From contig JBHOSQ010000005.1 in NCBI GenBank assembly GCA_042584585.1, positions 1 through 64,000 of the forward strand: DNA of 64,000 nt. Reading direction: 5' to 3'. Positions 54,338 through 63,900 of this stretch are shown here, piece by piece; within the stretch, counting starts at the first letter, position 1, and every line of letters begins with the position of its first letter. The translations under genes and the position numbers were made by a program. The notes under the pieces were generated by a model. It made no database searches. It was not told the origin of the DNA and worked only from the letters and a program-made list of their open reading frames with translations. Origin of the DNA: an archaeon. GTDB taxonomy: Archaea > B1Sed10-29 > WALL01.

Positions 54338-55825
54338 TTACCCTCGCATCCAGTGCTTCATTGTCCGCAGCTGCTGCACGTCGTTCTTGTACAGGTCGCG
54401 GATGTCGTGAATCGCGTAATAGTCCATGATTATCCTGTCGAATCCCGGCCCCCATGCCAGCACGGGGACGTCAAGGCCGAGCAACGGCTCGACTACCTCG
54501 GGCCTGAAGATTCCTGCGCCACCCAATTCAATCCATTCACCCCTTCCCGGGTGCAGCACGTCAATCTCAATGCTCATCTCGGTGTAAGGGAAGTACGCCG
54601 GCCTGAACCGGGCCTTCTCGAAACCAAGTTTTCCAAAGAACTGTTTCAAATAACCAAGCAAGTGCTTGAAGTTCACGTCCGGGTCCACCACAATGCCCTC
54701 GACCTGGTTGAACTCGAATAAGTGCGACCAGTCAAGCGCCTCGTTCCTGAAGCACCTGCCCACGGAAAAATACTTTGCCGGGAAATCCTCTTTCTTCAGC
54801 GCCGCAATCGTCCGAGCGCTCAAGACTGTGGTGTGCGTCCGCAGCACCCGCTTCTTCGCGACCTCGGGGTCCCACGCGTAGTCCCATCCGATGGAGTCGC
54901 GCGTCCCGATTTCGTGTGCCTTCTTCACCCGCTCCACAACCGCAGAGTCCGGCAGCTTGCCGCTCTCGGGGTCCACGAAAAACGTGTCCTGCATCTCGCG
55001 CACGGGATGCTCCTGCGAAGTGAACAATGCGTCAAAGTTCCAGAACGAAGTGTTAATCAACGAGCCCTCCATCTCCTGGAAGCCCATCTCCAGCCACACC
55101 TTGCGGACGTAATCAGTCGCCTGCCTCACGAAGTGCCGCCTTCCCGGGTAAATCCGCGGCACGACAGCCTCAACCTCGTACGGCCTGAACTTGGTCTTTT
55201 CCCACGAGCCGTCCCTCAGCATCTTCGGCGTCAACAGGTTCGCGGCCGCAGTCAAGTCCAGCCCTTTCTTCACGAGCTTTTTCCCTTCCGCGGTCAATTG
55301 CACGGTCCTCTTGACATCATCAGTCGCATTGATTAGTCCACCGCGGGACTTCAACAGCTTCACCGCACTCCCCGGAACTTTTTTCCCGGAAGAAATCGCG
55401 TCCAGTGCCTCTTCGTCAGAAGTTTTTTTCTTCAGCGCCTTCTTGCCGTATTCAGTAAGAACCAAGTCCCCCTTGTCCGCCGTGGCAAGCCTTTTTTTCA
55501 TGAGCCACGTCATGGCAATCCCGAACTTTTTCGGGCCCAGCTTTTTCTTGAGCTCCGCCATGCCTGCGCTGCCCTTGCCCATGAGCTTCAGGGCCTGCCG
55601 CTCGGGCAACCCCTCCGCCAAATACTCTTTGCCTTCCTTTCCCAGCGAGATTTTTTCGGTGCGCTCCTCGTCCATTTTCACGAGGCCTTTCGACACGAGC
55701 CACAGCGACGCGTGCGCCACGCTGTCGGGCTTTAGGCCAGAGGCCACCGCCAGCGCTTGCTGGTCCATTGGCTTCTTCAAAGCCACTAAAATGGCTTTCT
55801 CGTGCTCGTGCAGCGAGTAATTCAT
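54338..55825 (-). CDS. pheS: Phenylalanyl-tRNA synthetase alpha subunit (archaeal type)
   Basis: 'WNFDALF...HPVREMQDTF', 'LRTHTT', 'FRNE', 'YFPYTE', 'GIFRPE'. Confidence 0.97.
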   Translation of the reverse strand: MNYSLHEHEKAILVALKKPMDQQALAVASGLKPDSVAHASLWLVSKGLVKMDEERTEKISLGKEGKEYLAEGLPERQALKLMGKGSAGMAELKKKLGPKKFGIAMTWLMKKRLATADKGDLVLTEYGKKALKKKTSDEEALDAISSGKKVPGSAVKLLKSRGGLINATDDVKRTVQLTAEGKKLVKKGLDLTAAANLLTPKMLRDGSWEKTKFRPYEVEAVVPRIYPGRRHFVRQATDYVRKVWLEMGFQEMEGSLINTSFWNFDALFTSQEHPVREMQDTFFVDPESGKLPDSAVVERVKKAHEIGTRDSIGWDYAWDPEVAKKRVLRTHTTVLSARTIAALKKEDFPAKYFSVGRCFRNEALDWSHLFEFNQVEGIVVDPDVNFKHLLGYLKQFFGKLGFEKARFRPAYFPYTEMSIEIDVLHPGRGEWIELGGAGIFRPEVVEPLLGLDVPVLAWGPGFDRIIMDYYAIHDIRDLYKNDVQQLRTMKHWMRG

Positions 55826-55863
55826 AAGTCAGGTTCTTATATCGGCGTGCATTAATATGCTTT

Positions 55864-56202
55864 ATGCCGGTGCTTGACGCTGCAGCAATCATCAACGCCG
55901 CGCTCGCGGAAGGCGTTACGGTGCCCGAAGTCCTCGGCGAGCTCAAGGACTTTGAGTCCCGCGAGCTCGCGCAAGCCAGGGTGTCCGAGGGCCTTCTGAT
56001 TGTCAAGTCCCCTTCTCCCGAATCAGTGGCTGCAGTCAAGCCCAAGGCATCCCCACGGTTGTCCAAAACAGACCTGCAAGTCCTCGCGCTAGCGTTCGAG
56101 CTAAAACAAGAAATAATCACGGACGACTATTCGCTCCAGGCCTCGGCCAAGCGGCTCGGCATAAAATTCAGGCCGGTCATTTTCCCCGGCATTACTCATT
56201 GA
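55864..56202 (+). CDS. Nob1-like PIN-domain nuclease lacking the Zn ribbon
   Basis: 'VLDA', 'V..E', 'LSKTD', 'TDDYSLQ'. Ends at GITH. Confidence 0.8.
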   Translation: MPVLDAAAIINAALAEGVTVPEVLGELKDFESRELAQARVSEGLLIVKSPSPESVAAVKPKASPRLSKTDLQVLALAFELKQEIITDDYSLQASAKRLGIKFRPVIFPGITH

Positions 56203-56971
56203 TTTCTTCGAGCGTCGGCTCGCCGGTGAACGACTCGCTCAGCAGGAGGCCGAGTTCTTTGCGGTACCAAATAACCATCACCAGCACGACCAGCCCCGCA
56301 ATCATGTAGACCGGGTCGCCGTACTTCTCGCGCATTTCCTCGGTTATCTTGCTGAGTGACAGCTGGCTCTGCAGCGTGATTTCCTGCTCGTAAAGCACTT
56401 CGAACTTGCTGCTCGTGAACGGCTTCCGGTAGTTCCACTCGTAGTAAGTGACTTTTTGGCCCGTCGCGTCAATGCCCTCGGTCGTGGAATAGGCCGGCGG
56501 CGTCACTTCCCTCGCGAGCCGCAGCGTAATTGGCATCGCAATCGTGAGCGTCGTCGGCGGGTCGTACGGCAGCGAAATGGTGTTGCCGTCAAAGAAAATG
56601 AACGCGTTCTCGGTGATTCCAGTGAGCTCCTGCTTGCCAATCTTTTCTACTGGCTCGACGATTTCAGGAACGGTGTACTGCAGTATCACGACGCCGAAGT
56701 CGGACTGCGTCAATTCCATCACGACGTTCCTGTCTCCCGCCTCGTAAGTAATGACTTTGGATATGCCGTACGGCGTGAGCTCTTCGAAGCTAGCGCCCCG
56801 CGCAATCAATGCCTCGAACGAGGTTTTTTCGTGGCTCGCGAGGCGAACAAGATACTCTTCCTCGACGTAGGCGGAGCCGTCCTCGTGCAGGCCAATGCTG
56901 ATGTCGTGCCCGATTACCTGCGTGGCTAGACAAGTCGAAATCAAAACCAGCAACACGAGCAAGCGCTTCAT
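56192..56971 (-). CDS. Secreted protein with C-terminal membrane anchor
   Basis: Signal peptide MKRLLVLLVLISTCLA and a C-terminal TM helix. Confidence 0.65.
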   Translation of the reverse strand: MKRLLVLLVLISTCLATQVIGHDISIGLHEDGSAYVEEEYLVRLASHEKTSFEALIARGASFEELTPYGISKVITYEAGDRNVVMELTQSDFGVVILQYTVPEIVEPVEKIGKQELTGITENAFIFFDGNTISLPYDPPTTLTIAMPITLRLAREVTPPAYSTTEGIDATGQKVTYYEWNYRKPFTSSKFEVLYEQEITLQSQLSLSKITEEMREKYGDPVYMIAGLVVLVMVIWYRKELGLLLSESFTGEPTLEEINE

Positions 56972-56995
56972 CACTATACCTCTGTCCATTCTTCC

Positions 56996-57769
56996 TTATA
57001 TCTCTATCTTCATGAATTCATGAATTGCCCTTGCCGCCTTGGCCAAAGTTTCTTCGTAGTCTTCTTGCGTGAGGCGAGTATAATCCCCTTTTTCCTCACT
57101 CCCTTTTTCCTTCACGTAAGCAAGCGTGACACTCGGCACCTTTATGAGGTTGGCTGATGCCACGAGGCACGCGGTCTCATAGTCCCCAAAAACATTTGGC
57201 CCCTCATTCTCTGCGAACGAGTCCCACAGCTCATCCCACAGCTCATAGGGATGCTCCTTGAACTTTCCTGGCTTAAGCCCGTAGCGGCTGTAGACCTCGC
57301 CGTCATGAACCTTCAAGCCCATACCCTCTGTCACTCGCTTCATTTTTTCACGAAGCTCTTCGTTGAACAATTCCGGATTGCCCGGCACGTTGTTGTCCCT
57401 GCAAATTCCGCAAAGCTCTATGAAGCTCGGGTCGTCTGAATACGCCCTTGATGGCACCACGAAGTCTCCCGGTTCTGCGTCCGAGTTGCACGTGGCCTGA
57501 TAGCATCCCAAGTACACGATGAACGGCTTTTCATCAAACTCCAGCAAGTCACCATAAAACAATGAAACTCCAAGGGCTTGGTTATACCCATAGCCCCCAA
57601 AAAGCGCGAACAGCTTCTTCCCATTCATTTCAGTTTCGTAAAACAAGTCAGCAAAATTCTTGTGCTCGAATTTTTCCGCCATCGCCGGTGATGGGGGCCC
57701 AAAGTCGAATTCTTTCCTTAATGTTTCCACCGCCAGCTTATCAGTCCTGGCGGTCATTATAACAGGCAT
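56996..57769 (-). CDS. Nucleoside phosphorylase (PNP/UDP-1)-like protein, divergent
   Basis: 'IVYLGC', 'PGDFVVP', 'HDGEVYS', and 'DYETA' in place of EME. Confidence 0.6.
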   Translation of the reverse strand: MPVIMTARTDKLAVETLRKEFDFGPPSPAMAEKFEHKNFADLFYETEMNGKKLFALFGGYGYNQALGVSLFYGDLLEFDEKPFIVYLGCYQATCNSDAEPGDFVVPSRAYSDDPSFIELCGICRDNNVPGNPELFNEELREKMKRVTEGMGLKVHDGEVYSRYGLKPGKFKEHPYELWDELWDSFAENEGPNVFGDYETACLVASANLIKVPSVTLAYVKEKGSEEKGDYTRLTQEDYEETLAKAARAIHEFMKIEI

Positions 57770-57794
57770 ATAATCAAATCTCTATCTTCATGAA
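57000..57794. repeat. 17-bp direct repeat forming the 3' ends of two adjacent genes
   Basis: ATCTCTATCTTCATGAA at 57000-57016 and 57778-57794. Both proteins end FMKIEI. Confidence 0.9.
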
Positions 57795-58676
57795 GTCCTT
57801 CGCGAGTATAACGTTGTCGAACTCTTTCTGGGCGTCCTGCAAGAGCTTGTCCAGCTCCTCGTCCTTGTACCGCGTCGAAAAGTGCGTGAGCACCAACTGC
57901 TTTACGTTCGCCTGCCGCGCGATTTCCCCCGCCTCCTTGGCGGTCGAGTGGTTCGTCTCCCTAGCGCGGTCGGTCGCGTCCTGCGCAAAGCTCGCCTCGT
58001 GCACAAGCAGGTCCGCGCCATCCGCGGCCTTGACTGTCGCGTCAATCGGCTCGGTGTCGCCCGAATAAACAAACTTAATGCCCTTCTCGCCCGTAACGTA
58101 ATTCGTGGGCTTCAGCTTCTTGCCCTTCCACTCCACGGTCTTTCCGGCCTTCAAATCGGCATACATCGGGCACGGGTCTAGCCCAAGCTTCCGCAGCTTT
58201 TCCTCGTCCACGTGCAGCCGCTCTTTTTCCTGGAAGACGTAGCCCACGCCGGGGCCCGAGTGCTTGGTCTCGAACGCGGACACCGTGTAATCCTCTTCCT
58301 GGATTTCCCAGCCGCCCTTGACTTCCTTGACAATGATTTCGAACGTGTTCTTCCCGGGCTCGACCAGCCTCATCACGTCCCCCACAATCTTTTTCACGCC
58401 CTTCGGGCCATAGATATACAATGGCTCCGCCCGCTCGCGCCAGTAGCATGACTGGATGAACCCAATGAGGCCATAATAATGGTCCCCGTGGAAGTGCGTC
58501 AGGAAAATCCTGCTGATTTTCATGGGGCTGAGCTTCGCGATGGCGAGCTGGCGCTGTGTGTTTTCCCCGCAGTCGAACAAGAACCGGTGCTCGTTGTAGC
58601 GAAAGTAAATCGCGGCGTGGTTCCGCTCTGGGGCGGGTATTCCGCAGCTGGTGCCAAGGAACACAATTTCTGCCAT
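57774..58676 (-). CDS. rnz: Ribonuclease Z
   Basis: 'FLGTS', 'DCGE', 'THFHGDH', 'SGDT', 'HEASF', 'HST', 'LTHFS.RY'. Confidence 0.96.
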   Translation of the reverse strand: MAEIVFLGTSCGIPAPERNHAAIYFRYNEHRFLFDCGENTQRQLAIAKLSPMKISRIFLTHFHGDHYYGLIGFIQSCYWRERAEPLYIYGPKGVKKIVGDVMRLVEPGKNTFEIIVKEVKGGWEIQEEDYTVSAFETKHSGPGVGYVFQEKERLHVDEEKLRKLGLDPCPMYADLKAGKTVEWKGKKLKPTNYVTGEKGIKFVYSGDTEPIDATVKAADGADLLVHEASFAQDATDRARETNHSTAKEAGEIARQANVKQLVLTHFSTRYKDEELDKLLQDAQKEFDNVILAKDFMKIEI

Positions 58677-58715
58677 GCGATAGCTATTTATTGCTTGTCT
58701 ATTTAACTATGCAGC

Positions 58716-60003
58716 ATGAAACCGGATTGGCTCGCGAAGAAGATTGTCAACTACACGCTCGGCATCGGCCAGAAAGAAAACACCGATGGAATCAAAAAAG
58801 CCGAGCGCAAGTACGGGAAAAGAGTCCTCCCACTGCTCAAGAAGAAAAAAGTCGCGGCCACCAAAAAGAACACCAAGATGCTCGACGACTTGTGCGGCGT
58901 GGACTACGGCCCGCTCTTCGTCAAGAAAGGCAAAGGCTACGTCCCGAAAACAAAGGTCGGCCACTCCGTAATAATCACGTTCAACGCAGCCAACAAAAAA
59001 GTTGCAGAGGGAATCCGCCGCGAGTGCATCCTCAAGGGCGCTCACACCCTGATGCTCGAGCGAAGCACCAAGGCAATCAGGGAGGCATACGCCCTTTCCC
59101 CAACCGACACAGTGCGCGAGCTCTCGCCAATCAGCACAGCACTCCACAGCACTGCAGACTATTACATAAACCTCGAGGCAATCGAGAACGAGTTCTGGAA
59201 AAAAGGCATCAGCCCAAACAAGTTCAAGGCGTCCGCACCCTCCAACATGAAGCTGCACGAAATCCGCGACAAGCGGCTGCAGCGATGGTGCTACGTCGGC
59301 TGGCCGCACCCAAAAATCGCCAAGGAGCTGAAGCTCCCCCCCCGGAAAGTTCAAGCGCATTGTCAACGGCTCGCTCGAAGAGTCGTTCAGCCCCCGCATG
59401 AAGCGCCTAGTAGACGGCTACTACCACGCGCTCAAGGGCACGGACAAAATCCGTATCGTGCACGACGACGGCACCGACCTATCGTTTTCGGTCAAGGGCC
59501 GCCGCTTCATGCGCGACGACGCAATCCTTGACGAAGAAGACATCCGCAACAAGGACGTCGGCATGAACCTCCCCGCAGGAGAAATATTCACGGCGCCGCG
59601 CGAGTACAGCGCCAACGGCATCCTCAAAATCCCGAAGAACATCATCCCCGGCCACGGCATCGCCGAAGAAATCGAATTCCTCTTCGAGAAAGGAAAAGTC
59701 GTCGACTACGGCGCGAAAAAGCACCGCGACTACCTGACAAAGTTCTTCGCCGAAAACACCGGCGAGTGCCGCCGCATCGCCGAGCTCGGGATAGGCTGCA
59801 ACTCCAAGGCCGAGTTCACCGACGGGTACATAATCGTAGACGAAAAAATCAAGGGCACGCTCCACATCGCAATCGGGTGGAACATCGGCTACGGCGGAAA
59901 AAACAACGCGTCGTCGCACCTTGACTTCATCAAGCCCATGTACAACGGCAGCCTTTACGCAGACGGCGCGCTCGTAATGCACAAGGGCAAGCTGGTGGCC
60001 TGA
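58716..60003 (+). pseudogene. M29-family aminopeptidase split by a +1 frameshift in a C8 tract (59336-59343)
   Basis: N-half 'LAKKIVNY...RWC...WP', C-half 'GTDL', 'NLPAGEIF.AP', 'ELGIG', 'DEKI.GT.HIAIG', 'H.D'. Removing one C gives a single frame. Confidence 0.8.
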
Positions 60004-61349
60004 TGATTGACTCCATGAAGAAGGCAATCGCTTCCCAACCCGATTTTGTCGAGGTCCGGGGCTCAACCGGGAGCATGACCCGCGTGCGCCTCCGCGAAAA
60101 AGACATAGAGACTGCGTCTTCGGGCTCGTCAAGCGGGTTCAGTGCCCGCACCCTCCACAAGGGCGCGTGGGGCTTTGCCTACACTTCTGACGAGACAAAG
60201 CTGCCGGAAATAGTCAAGGAGGCGGCGCGCCTCGCCAAAGCGGCTTCCCGCAAGTCCCTGGACGCCAGCCTCGCCGGCAAAAGCACTGCCGAGGCCAGCA
60301 TAACACTCAAGCCGAAGAGGCACCCTGCGGACTTGGGGCTCGACGAAAAAGTCTCGCTGTGCAAAGAGCTTCTCGCGCAAAAGCCGGAGGGCATTGTCAC
60401 GCACGACCTTGACTATGCCGACGCGTGGGGCAAGTCGTACTACGTGAACAGCGAGGGCGCGGCAATCGAGTACGTTCCCGTGCGCTCGTTCCTCGCCTTC
60501 TCGGCCTACTCAAAAAAGAACGGAGAATTGCTCAGCGCGCATGACGCAGTCGCCGGCCTCAAGGGCGTGGAGCTCCTCGACAACCAAGCGCCCCTAATCA
60601 CAAGCGTATTCGAAAAGGCCTTGCTGATGCAGGAGGCGCAGCTGCCGCCCAAAGGGAAGATGCCGGTAATCATCGACCCCAAGATGGCGGGAGTGTTCGC
60701 GCACGAAATGGTGGGGCACGCCGGGGAAGGCGACACGGTCGCAAACGGCAAAAGCATTTTGCTCGGCAAGCTCGGGCGCCTGCTCGGCTCAAGCCACGTC
60801 AACATTGTTGACGACCCCACGCTCCCAGAGCTATTCGGCTCTTATCCCTACGACGCCGAGGGCACCAAGACACGGCGCACACAACTGTTCAAGGCAGGCC
60901 GCATCATGGAGTTCCTGCAGTCACGCGAGTCAGCCGCACGGCTCAACGCCGAACCCACCGGAAACTCCAGGGCAGAGTCGACGGCCAACTTCCCAATCGT
61001 GAGAATGAGCAACACTTTCTTCGAGGCTGGCGATCACACGGACGAAGAATTGTTCGATGGCGCCAATGGCGTCTACGCAATCGGCACCAAGGGCGGCGTG
61101 ACCGAACCGAACACCGGCTACTTCCAGTTCGCCGCGGAGTACGGCTGGCTCGTCGAGAACGGGGAGAAGACAAAGCCCCTCCGGGACGTCACACTTGTGG
61201 GCAACCTATTAGAAACCCTGCGCAACGTCGACGCGTGCGGCAAGACCATAAAGCTCGGCAGCCCCGGATTCTGCGGCAAGGCCGGGCAGTCCGTGGCTGT
61301 GAGTGACGGCGGGCCGCACATAAAAATCAAGGAGGTGCTCGTGGGATGA
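60003..61349 (+). CDS. tldD: TldD metalloprotease
   Basis: HEMVGHAGEGD, 'DDPT', 'RMSNT', C-terminal 'CGKAGQ...SDGGP'. Confidence 0.93.
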   Translation: MIDSMKKAIASQPDFVEVRGSTGSMTRVRLREKDIETASSGSSSGFSARTLHKGAWGFAYTSDETKLPEIVKEAARLAKAASRKSLDASLAGKSTAEASITLKPKRHPADLGLDEKVSLCKELLAQKPEGIVTHDLDYADAWGKSYYVNSEGAAIEYVPVRSFLAFSAYSKKNGELLSAHDAVAGLKGVELLDNQAPLITSVFEKALLMQEAQLPPKGKMPVIIDPKMAGVFAHEMVGHAGEGDTVANGKSILLGKLGRLLGSSHVNIVDDPTLPELFGSYPYDAEGTKTRRTQLFKAGRIMEFLQSRESAARLNAEPTGNSRAESTANFPIVRMSNTFFEAGDHTDEELFDGANGVYAIGTKGGVTEPNTGYFQFAAEYGWLVENGEKTKPLRDVTLVGNLLETLRNVDACGKTIKLGSPGFCGKAGQSVAVSDGGPHIKIKEVLVG

Positions 61350-62581
61350 ACGGCATTCTCGCAAAGGCCGCGAAGAAGTGTGACCAGGCAGAGCTTTACT
61401 CCGAGTCATCTAGCTCGCTTTTGGCCCGCAGCTCGCTCGACAGAATCGAGGCCTGTAAGTCCACCGAAGACCATGGCTTCGGCCTTCGCGTGGTGTACGG
61501 CGGCCGCATCGGCCACGCCTTCTTCACCCGGGAGCAGGACGCGGACCGCGCAATCGACGAAGCGCTTCGCTCGGCAAAGCTTTCCCACGCGGAAAGCTAT
61601 TCCCTTCCCCCCGCGGCGAGCTACAAAACACCGAAGTGCTTTGACCCCCGGCTCACGAAGCTGTCCGAGGAAGAGCTCGTGGACCTTTTGCTAGAGTCCA
61701 TGCAAGCGACTTCCGAGAATGCGGACCCAATTCAGGCCGAGTTCGATGCTGAGTCCTCGACCGTGCACATCACCAGTACCGAGGGCGTGGACGCGGAAGC
61801 CACGGAGTCACTCTTTTCCGCTTACTGTGTCGGGAAGAAAAAGGAGAGCATGGGCCATGACTCGTTTTCGTCGCGCAGGCTCACCGACTGCGCGGAAAAA
61901 GTCGGGCGCTCTGCCGGAGAACTGGCTGCCAGCGGAGCCGGCGCGTCACCCATCGACTACACTGGCACTGTCACGCTCCACCAGGACGTGGTCTCTTCGT
62001 TTTTCGGGCAGTCCGTCATCCGAAACCTTAACGGCGAGTTCTCGCGGCGCGGAAAGTCACGGTGGGGCGGCAAGCTCAACGAAAAAGTCACTAGCGACTT
62101 CACGCTCGTCGACGACCCGACGGTGGACTGGGGCATCGGCAGCAACGCGTTCGACGACGAGGGAGTCCCAACACAAAAAAATACCATGATACAAAACGGC
62201 GTGCTCAAGAAATTGTATTACGACACGCGCACTGCGAACTTGTCGGGCGCGGAAAGCACGGGCAGCGGCTTCAGGGCAAGCCACGCGGGCCTGCCATCCA
62301 TCAGCGTGGCCAACGTGACCGTCGACGCCCCGTCCCATGGGGCTGAAGGGGAACTGTTCGTGCGTGACCTTATGGGCTACCACAACATGAACCCCGTGAC
62401 GGGCGACTTCTCGCTCGACATTGTCCTCGCATTGCTCGACGGCAAGCCGGTGCGCGGCTGCGTGCTGACCGGAAACGTCTTCAAAATGCTTGAGGAAGGC
62501 GAGTGGACCGGAAAGCCCGAGACCAGGGACTGGTTCACTTCACCCATGTTTTCTTTTGAGGGGGAGGTGGTCGGGAAATGA
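61346..62581 (+). CDS. tldE: TldE/PmbA non-catalytic partner
   Basis: 'DDP....G...FDDEGVPT', 'STG.G', 'N.VTGDFS'. No HExxH. Confidence 0.88.
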   Translation: MNGILAKAAKKCDQAELYSESSSSLLARSSLDRIEACKSTEDHGFGLRVVYGGRIGHAFFTREQDADRAIDEALRSAKLSHAESYSLPPAASYKTPKCFDPRLTKLSEEELVDLLLESMQATSENADPIQAEFDAESSTVHITSTEGVDAEATESLFSAYCVGKKKESMGHDSFSSRRLTDCAEKVGRSAGELAASGAGASPIDYTGTVTLHQDVVSSFFGQSVIRNLNGEFSRRGKSRWGGKLNEKVTSDFTLVDDPTVDWGIGSNAFDDEGVPTQKNTMIQNGVLKKLYYDTRTANLSGAESTGSGFRASHAGLPSISVANVTVDAPSHGAEGELFVRDLMGYHNMNPVTGDFSLDIVLALLDGKPVRGCVLTGNVFKMLEEGEWTGKPETRDWFTSPMFSFEGEVVGK

Positions 62582-62952
62582 AGTGGGAAAAAGACCCCGT
62601 GGTCCAGGAGATGATGGAGCGGCTTGCCGCGGCAGAAGAATTCGCACACGTCCGCGCCGACCGCGTGTTCTGCGTGCGCGGCGAAGGGTCCAAAAGCCGT
62701 GCGGTCGCACGCATCTGGTCATTGCCCCGCGTGTTCCAGCAGTGCCTGGAAATCGACGCCGCCTACATCATTGAGGTAATGGACAAAAAGTGGGACAAGC
62801 TGTCGGACGAGGAAAAACAAAAGACAATGATCCACGAACTTCTGCACATCCCAAAAACATTTTCGGGCGCACTGGTCCCGCACAGCTGCTTCGGAAAAAG
62901 GGTTGTCGGCTCAAGGCAAGTCGACAAAATCTGGAACAACCTCATGCGCTAG
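62578..62952 (+). CDS. Small HExxH metallopeptidase
   Basis: 'ARIW.LP' and 'IHELLHIP..FSGAL.PH'. Confidence 0.8.
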   Translation: MKWEKDPVVQEMMERLAAAEEFAHVRADRVFCVRGEGSKSRAVARIWSLPRVFQQCLEIDAAYIIEVMDKKWDKLSDEEKQKTMIHELLHIPKTFSGALVPHSCFGKRVVGSRQVDKIWNNLMR

Positions 62953-63868
62953 CGACGTGGATGTAGCGCCGCATGCTTTTGTGAACGTACATTTCGAACC
63001 ACTGCGTGGTCTTCCACCCCGCTTTTTTCAGCAGCGGCTTCAAGTCGCTGTGCGCCATCACGACCAGCTTCTTGGAATGTGTTTTCATTTTCTTGAATGC
63101 GTCAAGGTAAAGCTCGTCACGGTTTTTCCCGAACAGGCCCGAGCTTTTTCCGTACGGCAGGTCACTAACGATTGCGTCGAACTTTCCGCCCTTCCACTCG
63201 AGGAAATCGCTTTGGTCGACCTGGACCTTTTTTTCCATCCTGTAGAACCACGCGTTTTCCCGTGCACCTTCCGCGTATTCTTCACTAATCTCAATGCCCT
63301 GTGCCGCGAGCCCAAAGTCCGCGGCCTCCAAAAGGATTCCGCCGACGCCACAGAACGGGTCAAGCACTTTTCCTTTCTTCACGCCAGTGAGGTTGACGAG
63401 CAGCCGCCCGTACTTTGGCTGCAGGCTCGTCGGGTGGAACACCATTCGCGCGTTGACGTCGCGCTCGGCAAAACTCTTCGGAGAGTACTCGTACAGCTGT
63501 TCCGTGACCCAGTACTTTTTGCCGTCGGTGAAAAGGCGGATTACAGCATTTGGCGTCTCCAGGTCCACTTTTCCCTTGACCTGCCCGGCCACGGCATTGA
63601 TTATTTCCGAGCTGCTTTCCTTGCCTGCCACGCGGCTCACGCGGACAGCAAAGGATTTATAAGCAGGAAGCCGTAATCCTTTGCAGGTGTTTGTTTCAGT
63701 CAATAGCTTCCCAGCGAACCGCGTCATCACGAGGCGGCTGAGCAGCTTGGCGTCGCCCTCAACGAGCAAGAGCTCGCCGTGCAGCGCCGTGGCTTTCGGG
63801 AAAAGCGATTCCGCCTCCGCCTTTGCGAGCGCGGGGTCCTGGCGCGACAGCTGGAGCACCAACTTCAT
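62942..63868 (-). CDS. trm11: tRNA m2G10 methyltransferase (Trm11/TrmG10) with THUMP domain
   Basis: 'AKAE', 'VDLETP', 'HPTSL', 'LDPFCGVGGILLEA', 'DLPYG', 'HKS..R'. Confidence 0.9.
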   Translation of the reverse strand: MKLVLQLSRQDPALAKAEAESLFPKATALHGELLLVEGDAKLLSRLVMTRFAGKLLTETNTCKGLRLPAYKSFAVRVSRVAGKESSSEIINAVAGQVKGKVDLETPNAVIRLFTDGKKYWVTEQLYEYSPKSFAERDVNARMVFHPTSLQPKYGRLLVNLTGVKKGKVLDPFCGVGGILLEAADFGLAAQGIEISEEYAEGARENAWFYRMEKKVQVDQSDFLEWKGGKFDAIVSDLPYGKSSGLFGKNRDELYLDAFKKMKTHSKKLVVMAHSDLKPLLKKAGWKTTQWFEMYVHKSMRRYIHVASA

Positions 63869-63900
63869 TGGACAAATATTGCCCACCGGAGTATTAAAGC

